Source: Planctomycetota bacterium
Lineage (GTDB): Bacteria > Planctomycetota > B15-G4 > JADJEK01
Direction of reading: 5' to 3'
DNA length: 64,000 bases
NCBI GenBank assembly: GCA_044225365.1
Contig: JBGAIQ010000017.1
Location: 55,888-119,887 of the forward strand
The stretch's first letter is position 1; every line of letters starts with the position of its first letter. Below, piece by piece: positions 46,581-54,863 of the stretch. The notes beneath the pieces are model-generated. The model was not told where the DNA came from, did no database searches, and worked only from the letters and a program-made list of their open reading frames with translations. The translations under genes were made by a program, and so were the position numbers.

Positions 46581-47651
46581 TCAGTCGACGGTGGACGTGC
46601 CGCCGACGACGACGGCGTTCTGGGACAGGTTATCGGGTCCGAAGCCGGTTTCGAGCAGGAAGTCATCCGTGACGTCGATCGTGTCGAGTGAGATCTGATC
46701 GAGCCCCGCGCCGAGCGACATCGAAAGATCGTCGCCGACACTGACGTGGCTCACCGAGATCGAATCGACGTCCGCACCGCCGAGGATCGTGAGGTCGTTG
46801 CCGAACGTGTCACCATCGACGAATGCCGTATTCGAGCCCTCGCCCAGTTCGAAGCGCGTCGCACCATCGAATGAGGCATTCTGGATCTGGAAGAAATCCG
46901 TACCCTTGCCCCCGCGGATCTTCGACTTGGAGATGAACGTCGCCGCGATCACGTTGACCGAGTTCGAACCATCGCCGAGCTTCAGATCGAAGGCGCCGTC
47001 GAAGGCTACCGGAGCCTGAGTCGCGCTGAACGAATCGTCGCCCGCCGCACCGACGACGCTGAACTTGTCGCCGAACTCGCCGCCGTCGACCACGACCACG
47101 TTTGCGAATCCGAAGGCCGGCTTGCCGAGCTGGATCTTGGTGTCGTCGTCCACGTTCGAATCGTGGAAGGTGAGAATCGTCGATCCGGCATCGACGTCGA
47201 GTTCGAAATCGTCGCCGATGCTCGAGCTCTTGATCTGAAGGGTTCCGCCCGCCTGGTGGCCGTCGAAGCGAAGGTCGTTGCCGATCGCCAACTGATCGAC
47301 GACGAAACTCCCGCCCTTCTCCGTCTTGATTCGCAAGTCATGCGGCACCGTCGCAGACGCGACGTTCACCGTCGACGCCTCGTCCAGTTCGATTCGCACG
47401 TCCTTGCTGACGCCCGAGAGCACGATGGGCGTGACGCTGCCGTTGATCGTCGTCGTGACGCCACCCGGCGAATGGGGCGTGATGCGAAACGACCCCGAAG
47501 CCAGGCCGAGCTGATCGATGTCGAACGCGCAGACGTCGTTCGCACTGATCTTCAGCGAATGGTTCTGTACCTTCGCCGAGACGTCCGTGGCGTGGGAAAT
47601 CGGCGCGATCAACAAATAGGGCGCGACGAACACGAGCTTGGAAAATCGCAT
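46581..47651 (-). CDS. secreted beta-solenoid-like repeat protein
   Basis: AGGAGG SD, signal peptide ending SHA, and about 22-residue repeats of the type GxDL.I..G.G.D. Confidence 0.7.
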   Translation of the reverse strand: MRFSKLVFVAPYLLIAPISHATDVSAKVQNHSLKISANDVCAFDIDQLGLASGSFRITPHSPGGVTTTINGSVTPIVLSGVSKDVRIELDEASTVNVASATVPHDLRIKTEKGGSFVVDQLAIGNDLRFDGHQAGGTLQIKSSSIGDDFELDVDAGSTILTFHDSNVDDDTKIQLGKPAFGFANVVVVDGGEFGDKFSVVGAAGDDSFSATQAPVAFDGAFDLKLGDGSNSVNVIAATFISKSKIRGGKGTDFFQIQNASFDGATRFELGEGSNTAFVDGDTFGNDLTILGGADVDSISVSHVSVGDDLSMSLGAGLDQISLDTIDVTDDFLLETGFGPDNLSQNAVVVGGTSTVD

Positions 47652-47889
47652 CGATTCCTCCTGTGCTGGACCGAAATGAGGACGGGGATCCCGAGAAGGG
47701 CCGACGCTCACTCCGACTCAAACGAGGAATTCGGCAGGACCGAACAAGTCGATTCCCTTTGGCCAGACGCCCCTTGCCCATCTGACGGCACGGTCCGCTC
47801 GCTTCGATTCTTCACCCGGCACATTCTTGCGTTGCGATCTGTAACCTTGTCCGGCGTTCCTCGCATCCCCATTCCCCGATTCGAGACCG

Positions 47890-49881
47890 ATGCCTGATTC
47901 CCCGAAGACCGCGAAGCTCCCGAGCAGCCGCATCAGTGCGGACGACCTCTACCTCTTCAATCAGGGCAACCACTTCCGCATGTACGACCGCCTCGGCGCG
48001 CACCTCGCCGAGGCGAGTGGCGCGAAGGGTTGCTGGTTCTCCGTCTTCGCGCCGAACGCGAAGCGTGTCTCCGTCATCGGCAGTTTCAACGGCTGGCGCG
48101 CCGATGCGAATCCGCTCTCGCAGCGTCACGACAGCGGCGTATTCGAGGTCTTCGTCCCCGGCGTGAAGCAGGGCGACGCCTACAAGTTCCACATCGAATC
48201 GAAGTACAACGACTACCAGGTCGACAAGACCGATCCGTTCGGCAAGACGATGGAACTCGCGCCGAAGACCGCGTCGATCGTGTGGGACCTCGATTACGCG
48301 TGGTCGGATTCGGTATGGATGAGTTCGCGGGCGGAGAAGCACAAGCTCGACAAACCGATCGCGATCTACGAGGTGCATCTCGGCTCCTGGATGCGAGGCA
48401 TCTACGAGAACAACCGATTCCTCACCTACCGCGAGATCGCGCCGCGCCTCGTCGAGTACGTCCGCGAGATGGGATACACGCACGTCGAACTGCTGCCCGT
48501 CCTCGAGCACCCGTTCTATGGGTCGTGGGGTTATCAGACGACGGGGTACTTCGCGCCGACGAGTCGCTACGGCACGCCGCAGGACTTCATGGCGTTCGTC
48601 GATCAACTGCATCAGGCGGGCATCGGTGTCCTGCTCGATTGGGTGCCGGCGCATTTCCCGAGCGACGAGGCCGCACTCGGCTACTTCGACGGGACGTATC
48701 TGTACGAGCACGCGGATCCGAAGCAGGGTTATCACCCCGACTGGAAGAGTCTCATCTTCAACTACGGGCGGCCCGAGGTGCGTGGCTTCCTGATCTCGTC
48801 GGCCCTCTTCTGGCTCGACAAGTATCACCTCGACGGACTGCGCGTCGACGCAGTCGCCTCGATGCTCTACCTCGACTACTCGCGCAAGGAAGGCGAGTGG
48901 GTGCCGAACAAGTACGGCGGCAAGGAGAACCTCGAAGCGATCGAGTTCCTGCGGCAGTTCAACAGCGTCGTGTACGACCAGTACCCGGGCGCGATGACGA
49001 TCGCGGAGGAATCGACTTCCTGGCCCATGGTCTCGAAGCCCGTCTATCTCGGCGGACTCGGTTTCGGCCTGAAGTGGGACATGGGCTGGATGCACGACGC
49101 CCTTGCGTACTTCAAGGCCGATCCCGTGTTCCGGCGCTTCCAACACAACCAGATCACGTTCCGCAACATGTACTCCGACTCGGAGAACTTCGTGCTTGCG
49201 CTGTCGCACGACGAAGTGGTGCACGGCAAGGGCTCGCTCCTGCGCAAGATGGCGGGCGACGAGACGCAGCGCTTCTCGAACCTGCGCCTGCTCTTCGCGT
49301 GGATGTATGCGCAGAACGGCAAGAAGCTGCTCTTTCAGGGCATGGACTTCGCGCAGGATCATGAGTGGAACCACGAGACGCAGCTCGACTGGCATCTTCT
49401 CGCGGACAAGAAGCACGAAGGCGTGCGAAGGCTCGTCGCCGACCTCAATGCGCTGTATCGGAAGATGGCGGCGATGCACGAGCTCGACAGCGAGCGCGCG
49501 GGGTTCGAGTGGATCGATTGCGTCGACGCGGAGAACAGCGTCGTCGCGATCCTGCGCAAGGGACGCCGCGAGAACGACGACATCGCGATCGTCTTCAACA
49601 TGACGCCCGTTCCCCGCGACGCCTATACGATCGGCGTTCCGCGCGCGGGAGCGTGGCGAGTCCTCTTGAACACCGACGACGCCCGCTACGGAGGGAGCGA
49701 CTACAACAAGGCGCGCACGCTCGCCGCGGCCGGAGTCGGCAAGCATGGCCGCGCGGCGAGTCTCAGCCTCCGATTGCCGCCGCTCGCCGCGATCTTCTTG
49801 CGGGCGGAATCGAGCGACCCTTCGCCGTTACGTGAAGCGATCGAGAAACGCACTTCCAACGGTTCGGGCAAGACGTCGTGA
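47890..49881 (+). CDS. glgB: 1,4-alpha-glucan branching enzyme (GH13), short N-terminus form
   Basis: IYEVHLGSW, HPFYGSWGYQ, DWVPAHFP, DGLRVDAVASMLYLDYSR, IAEESTSWP, LSHDEVVHGK. Confidence 0.96.
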   Translation: MPDSPKTAKLPSSRISADDLYLFNQGNHFRMYDRLGAHLAEASGAKGCWFSVFAPNAKRVSVIGSFNGWRADANPLSQRHDSGVFEVFVPGVKQGDAYKFHIESKYNDYQVDKTDPFGKTMELAPKTASIVWDLDYAWSDSVWMSSRAEKHKLDKPIAIYEVHLGSWMRGIYENNRFLTYREIAPRLVEYVREMGYTHVELLPVLEHPFYGSWGYQTTGYFAPTSRYGTPQDFMAFVDQLHQAGIGVLLDWVPAHFPSDEAALGYFDGTYLYEHADPKQGYHPDWKSLIFNYGRPEVRGFLISSALFWLDKYHLDGLRVDAVASMLYLDYSRKEGEWVPNKYGGKENLEAIEFLRQFNSVVYDQYPGAMTIAEESTSWPMVSKPVYLGGLGFGLKWDMGWMHDALAYFKADPVFRRFQHNQITFRNMYSDSENFVLALSHDEVVHGKGSLLRKMAGDETQRFSNLRLLFAWMYAQNGKKLLFQGMDFAQDHEWNHETQLDWHLLADKKHEGVRRLVADLNALYRKMAAMHELDSERAGFEWIDCVDAENSVVAILRKGRRENDDIAIVFNMTPVPRDAYTIGVPRAGAWRVLLNTDDARYGGSDYNKARTLAAAGVGKHGRAASLSLRLPPLAAIFLRAESSDPSPLREAIEKRTSNGSGKTS

Positions 49882-52277
49882 CGACGCGCTTCGTCTGCAT
49901 CCACGGGCACTTCTATCAGCCGCCGCGCGAGAACCCGGGACTCGAGCGGATCGAGCCGCAACCTTCCGCAGCACCCTATCGCGATTGGAACGAACGCATC
50001 ACCGCGGAGTGCTATGCGCCGAACGCGCGAGCGCGACTCCTCGATTCCGAGGGTCGGCTGCGCGAACTCCAGAACAACTACGAGTGGCTGAGTTTCGATT
50101 TCGGTCCCACGCTCATGACGTGGCTCGAGCGGAATGCGAAGCACGTTCACGACGCCGTCATCGCGGGGGATTCCGCGAGCGCCGCGCGACTCGACGGGCA
50201 CGGCGGCGCCCTTGCGCATCCCTATCACCATTCGATCCTCCCGTTGTCGAACCCGATGGATCGACGCACCGAGATCTTCTGGGGGCTCTTCGATTTCGCG
50301 GCGCGATTCGGCCGAAAGGCCGAGGGCATGTGGTTGCCGGAGACGGCCGTCGACGTCGCCACGCTCGACGAGATCTCGAAAGCCGGCATCTCGTTCACGG
50401 TCCTCGCGCCGCGCCAGGCGAGGCGCGTTCGCAAAGCCGGCAGCACGGCGTGGCGGGAGATCGAGGGCGAGGACGTCGACACGACGAGGGCCTATCGCGT
50501 CCTTCTTCCATCGGGTCGGAGCATCGCGGTCTTCTTCTACGACGGCGCACTCTCGCAGGCCGTGGCCTTCGAGCGCGTCCTCGATTCGGCCGATCGCATG
50601 GTCGAGCGCATTCTCGAGCGATTCGATCCGAAGAGCGGCGAGCCGCAGCTCGTCTCGATCGCGACGGATGGTGAGACGTACGGCCATCATCATCGGTTCG
50701 GCGAGATGGCGCTGGCGCGGGCGATCGAACTCCTGCGCGGCCGCTCGGACGTCGAGGTCACGAACTACGCGGCGTTCCTCGCGAAGCGCCCGCCGACGGA
50801 CGACGTCGAGATCGTCGCACCCAGTGCGTGGAGTTGCGCCCACGGCGTCGAACGCTGGAGATCGAACTGCGGATGCCGCGTCGGCGGCGAGTCGAGCCAG
50901 GCCTGGCGCGCGCCATTGCGAAGTGCGCTCGAGGCATTGCGCGAAGCGGCAGCTTCGAACTTCGATACGACCCTTTCGGTCCTGCTGCGAGATCCCGTCG
51001 CCGCGCGTGACGAGTTCATCGCGGTCGTCCGCGATCGGTCGCGAGCGAACGTCTCGGCATTCGTCGAGCGCCACGCAGCGAGGACGTTGTCGGTCGCTGA
51101 GCGCATCACCGTCCTCGAACTGCTCGAAGCCGAACGCCAGTGCCTCGCGATGTTCACGAGCTGCGCGTTCTTCTTCGACGACCTCGCCGGCATCGAGACC
51201 ATGCAGGTCATGTCGCATGCCGATCGCGCGATCGAGTTGATCGAGCGTGCGATCGGGCTCGATCTCACCGCGGTCTTCGCTCCACCGCTCGCGCTCGCGC
51301 GGAGCAACGACTCGTCGAAGGGCGACGGAGCGAAACTCTTCTTCTCGCAGGTGCGTCCGCATCGCGGCGACCTCGTGCGAATCGGCAAACATGCGGCCAT
51401 GATCGCGCTGCGCGAACCGCAGCCGCGGTTCGACACCGCGGGGCACGGCATCGAGCGACTCGAATGCGCCGGCCTCGCTGCGAACGGCGCCGAACTGGCG
51501 TACGGAACGGTGCGCGTCGAGTGTTCGTACTCCGGTCGCACGGTCGAGGTGTCCCACGCTGTCATCGAAATGGGTCGGCTCCTCTTTGCAGGCGCGGTGA
51601 GGATGGCAAGAGCCAATGATGACGAGGCGCTGCGCAGGATCGAGATGGCGTTCTCGCGGTCCTTGACCGAGGGGCTTGCCGCGCTCGCGGCCGAGATGCC
51701 CGCGATGAACTGTGATCTCGAATGGGTCCTGCCGGATTCGCGCGAATCGTTCATCGAACAGGCGTTTCGCAAGGACCTCACCGAACTCGCCGCGATCGAG
51801 AAGCGGATCGCCGACGGCTGCGCGCGAGTCGTCGAGCGACTCGATTCGCTCGGCGTGGCTCTGCCGGAAGCTCTCGAGCGCGTCCGCAGCGCGCGCGAGG
51901 CGCAGGCGCTGCGCGTCGCGCTCGACGAGAGCAAGGACCTACGCGCGGCGCTCGAACACTTGCGGCGGAAAGGCGACCTCGAAGACGCGGGCAGCAGGCG
52001 CGGCGTAGGTGCGCGACTCGTGAAGCGTGTGGCGAGCGAGGTTGCCGCCGCCTTCGCGGTCGAGGATGGGGGCGACCGCGTCCGATCCGCGACGGAATTG
52101 GTCCGGGCGCTCTTCGCGTGGCGCCACGACTTTGGACTGCACGAACTGCAAGAGTCGCTGCTCCTCGCGATGCGCCCGAGAATCGGGCGTTGTCGCGAGC
52201 TCGCGGAGCGTGATGCAGTAGCGGCCACGCGCCTCGCCGCATGGCAGGATCTTTCGACTCTGTTGCGAGTGGTGTGA
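49878..52277 (+). CDS. glycoside hydrolase family 57 with DUF3536
   Basis: CIHGHFYQPPRENP, YHHSILPL, GMWLPETAVD, ATDGETYGHH, AWSCAHGVERWRSNCGC, MFTSCAFFFDD. Confidence 0.93.
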   Translation: MTTRFVCIHGHFYQPPRENPGLERIEPQPSAAPYRDWNERITAECYAPNARARLLDSEGRLRELQNNYEWLSFDFGPTLMTWLERNAKHVHDAVIAGDSASAARLDGHGGALAHPYHHSILPLSNPMDRRTEIFWGLFDFAARFGRKAEGMWLPETAVDVATLDEISKAGISFTVLAPRQARRVRKAGSTAWREIEGEDVDTTRAYRVLLPSGRSIAVFFYDGALSQAVAFERVLDSADRMVERILERFDPKSGEPQLVSIATDGETYGHHHRFGEMALARAIELLRGRSDVEVTNYAAFLAKRPPTDDVEIVAPSAWSCAHGVERWRSNCGCRVGGESSQAWRAPLRSALEALREAAASNFDTTLSVLLRDPVAARDEFIAVVRDRSRANVSAFVERHAARTLSVAERITVLELLEAERQCLAMFTSCAFFFDDLAGIETMQVMSHADRAIELIERAIGLDLTAVFAPPLALARSNDSSKGDGAKLFFSQVRPHRGDLVRIGKHAAMIALREPQPRFDTAGHGIERLECAGLAANGAELAYGTVRVECSYSGRTVEVSHAVIEMGRLLFAGAVRMARANDDEALRRIEMAFSRSLTEGLAALAAEMPAMNCDLEWVLPDSRESFIEQAFRKDLTELAAIEKRIADGCARVVERLDSLGVALPEALERVRSAREAQALRVALDESKDLRAALEHLRRKGDLEDAGSRRGVGARLVKRVASEVAAAFAVEDGGDRVRSATELVRALFAWRHDFGLHELQESLLLAMRPRIGRCRELAERDAVAATRLAAWQDLSTLLRVV

Positions 52278-52292
52278 TCGGGCCGAGCCGGC

Positions 52293-53495
52293 ATGGACAT
52301 CTACTTCCGTCGTCGAGTCGCGTCCTTCCTCTCGGGGTGCTTCCTCGGCCTGACGCCTCACGTCGCGTTCCTGGCCATTCTCGTTGCTCTTGCTCGTTTT
52401 TCGGCTCATCGTGCGGATTACGAACTCGAGACTCTGATCGCCATGGTCGCGTGCGTTGCCATCGGCGCGATCGCTTCGGCGCGACTTCATCCCGCGCCGA
52501 CCACGTCGTCCAACCGGCTCGTCGCACGGCTTTCCGCCGCGTCGCTCTTCCTAACGGCTCTTTGCTTCCGCTTCGAGTCGTCGGTGCCCACTGCTTTCTC
52601 TCCCCTCTCGAGCGCCATCGCCGCGGGTCTCGCCGGCGCGGCGATGGCGTCTTCGACCGAGCTCGCGTTCGCCAGCGTCGGGCGGAGCGCGGCCTGGGCG
52701 GGGATCGTCACGGGCCTCCTCGGCGCATTTCCGCTCATCGAGACGCTCGATCAGATCGTTGGACTCGAAGAGGGGACGATCGTGCTCGTCCTTGCGATCT
52801 GCGCGGTGCTTTCCTCGCTCCTCGCGCCTTCGGCGGACGATTCCGACTTGGCGGAGACGCAACCGGCGAACCGCCGCGAGATCAGCTTGCTAGCTCTCCT
52901 TCTCTTTGCGCTCTTCGCGACGACGTCCGTTGCGGGCGAGTGGATGGAGGAGCACTGTCGTCACATCCACCGTGCTCGCGTTTACTACGCCATCGTCACG
53001 GTGGCCGGGCTCGCGGCGGCATCCACCTGGCTTCCGAAGGATCGCCAGGGTCGGCCTCGACTCGCCCTCCCGTCCGTGCGCGTCGCTGCCGGATGGATCT
53101 GCGTTTACGTGCTGATCTCGAGCACGGGCTTCGGCAGGGGCTGGTTCTCGGGCTCCGGACTTCTGTTCGAGGGAATGCGCAAGTCGACGTACCTCGGGGA
53201 CATCCTCCTGGGAGTCGTGATGTTCGGAGTTCCCGGCTTCGCGGTCGGATGGACACTCGGCGAGATGCCGCGTCTTCGTTACCCGGCTCCCGCGTCCGAA
53301 TCGGCGCACGGCCCGCGGCCATTCCTCCATCGCGGAGCGGCACTCGTGCTCACGATCTGGCTCGCGGCGATCCCACTCGGACTCGTCTCCGCCGTGAGCG
53401 GCGAGATCCTGAAATATGCGCCGCACGCAATCGCGATCCTCTGTTTCCTCGGCGCGGCGGCGATCATGAAGCGCGGAGAGCGTGCGGCGAGTTGA
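52293..53495 (+). CDS. hypothetical multi-pass membrane protein
   Basis: About 10-12 hydrophobic segments; co-oriented 15 nt after GH57; no recognisable motif. Confidence 0.6.
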   Translation: MDIYFRRRVASFLSGCFLGLTPHVAFLAILVALARFSAHRADYELETLIAMVACVAIGAIASARLHPAPTTSSNRLVARLSAASLFLTALCFRFESSVPTAFSPLSSAIAAGLAGAAMASSTELAFASVGRSAAWAGIVTGLLGAFPLIETLDQIVGLEEGTIVLVLAICAVLSSLLAPSADDSDLAETQPANRREISLLALLLFALFATTSVAGEWMEEHCRHIHRARVYYAIVTVAGLAAASTWLPKDRQGRPRLALPSVRVAAGWICVYVLISSTGFGRGWFSGSGLLFEGMRKSTYLGDILLGVVMFGVPGFAVGWTLGEMPRLRYPAPASESAHGPRPFLHRGAALVLTIWLAAIPLGLVSAVSGEILKYAPHAIAILCFLGAAAIMKRGERAAS

Positions 53496-53715
53496 CCGGG
53501 CGGCAAGCGCGTCACTCGTGCGCGCTTTCGGGTCGATGTCCCACGATCCGCGCACGGTGGAGGCTTGGAATCGATTCGGCGAATCGAATCGATAACGACC
53601 ATTCGCTGGACGAATCCCCGAAGACTTCACCTTTCAACACCCTCCCGAATCGTCACCGCGCCGGTCCACGTGCGTGAACCCTCCGTGCATGTCGCACGCG
53701 AGGAAGACGACGATC

Positions 53716-54789
53716 ATGGACACCATGGCGGGGGGCTCAAATCGCTCGGATGGCTCGGATGGGCCCGAGGCGAGTACCAGAGAGACGTTCGACGAGCCGT
53801 GGAAACGAGTGCTCCGGGCCTTCCTACGGGAGTTCGTGCAGTTGTTCCATCCCGCGCTCTACGAGCGGGTCGACTGGACATTCGAGCCCATTCCGGAGCC
53901 GCTCGATCCCGAGTTGTCGGCGAACACACGGGAGGCCACGGATGGCCCGCGCATCGCGGATCTCGTCTTCAAACTCCGGCTGCGGACCGGCAACGATCTG
54001 TTCCTCATCGCGTATCTGGAAGTGCAGTCGAATCGACGCCTGGACTTCGAAGCGCTCGTCTTCCGCCGGTTCCTGCGTCTGTTCGAGCGCCACCCGCTAC
54101 CGATCGAGACCATCGTGATTCTCGCCGATCGCAGTCCGCGATGGCGGCCCACGAAGTTTCGCAGCGAAGGCGTCGAGAGCTTCGTCGAGCTGACGTTCAA
54201 GGTCGTGAAGATCCTCGATCTGGCGGAGCGAACCGAAGAGCTCGAAGCGAGCGAGAATCCGTTCGCCAGCTTCGTTCTCGCGATCCTCGGCGCATTGCGC
54301 ACGAAGCCCGACTCGACGCGGGCCCGGTTGAAATTCGAGATCCTGCGTGACCTGCATCGCAAGGGCTTCGAGCACTCGAAGATCCGCGATCTGTTCCTCG
54401 CGGTCGATCAGGTGATGCGCCTCGGAGCGAAGCTGGAACGGGAGGTTTGGGGTATGATTCGAAACGAAACGGAGGCCGCACCGATGACGTACATGATGAG
54501 CTTCGAGCGGGAAGCGCTCGAGAAGGGCAAGGCCGAAGGCAAGGCGGAGGGCAAGGCCGAAGGCAAGGCGGAGGGTAAGGCCGAAGGCAAGGCGGAGGGT
54601 AAGGCGGAGGGCCTGATGGTGGCCAAGCAGCAGGACATCGCGAGGGTGTTGCGGGCCCGATTCGGAGCACTGCCGTCGATCGTCGTCGATGTGCTGTCCT
54701 CCACCTCCGATTCGAGCCGGCTCGACGCCCTCCTCGAGCGCGCGGCGGTCGCTTCGAGCCTGGACGAATTCGTACGCGCGATCGCGTGA
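53716..54789 (+). CDS. Rpn/YhgA-like PD-(D/E)XK nuclease-family protein with GKAE repeats and a DUF4351-like C-terminus
   Basis: FDEPWK...EFVQLF...VDW, IADLVFK...YLEVQS, ASENPFA, then MSFEREALEK(GKAE)x7 and VLRARFG. Confidence 0.82.
   Translation: MDTMAGGSNRSDGSDGPEASTRETFDEPWKRVLRAFLREFVQLFHPALYERVDWTFEPIPEPLDPELSANTREATDGPRIADLVFKLRLRTGNDLFLIAYLEVQSNRRLDFEALVFRRFLRLFERHPLPIETIVILADRSPRWRPTKFRSEGVESFVELTFKVVKILDLAERTEELEASENPFASFVLAILGALRTKPDSTRARLKFEILRDLHRKGFEHSKIRDLFLAVDQVMRLGAKLEREVWGMIRNETEAAPMTYMMSFEREALEKGKAEGKAEGKAEGKAEGKAEGKAEGKAEGLMVAKQQDIARVLRARFGALPSIVVDVLSSTSDSSRLDALLERAAVASSLDEFVRAIA
54484..54789 (+). CDS. predicted nested in-frame small protein (Rpn-S-like antitoxin), 101 aa
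   Basis: GGAGG 54471-54475 lies 8 nt before in-frame ATG 54484. A second GGAGG/ATG pair lies at 54441/54454. Confidence 0.55.
   Translation: MTYMMSFEREALEKGKAEGKAEGKAEGKAEGKAEGKAEGKAEGLMVAKQQDIARVLRARFGALPSIVVDVLSSTSDSSRLDALLERAAVASSLDEFVRAIA
54526..54609 (+). repeat. 12-bp coding tandem repeat x7 (GKAE)
   Basis: GGYAAGGCSGAR repeated seven times. Confidence 0.95.
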
Positions 54790-54863
54790 GCGAGCCGTCC
54801 GCGGCTTCGATGAGCGCTCGGCACACGATAACGGGGGAGTGATCGCGGCGATCGACTTGCGGA

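Noticed and set aside
53716-54789. Rpn-like gene as an active IS transposase
   Set aside because: No DDE or HUH motifs and no terminal repeats or target duplication seen; the family is often mislabelled as transposase.
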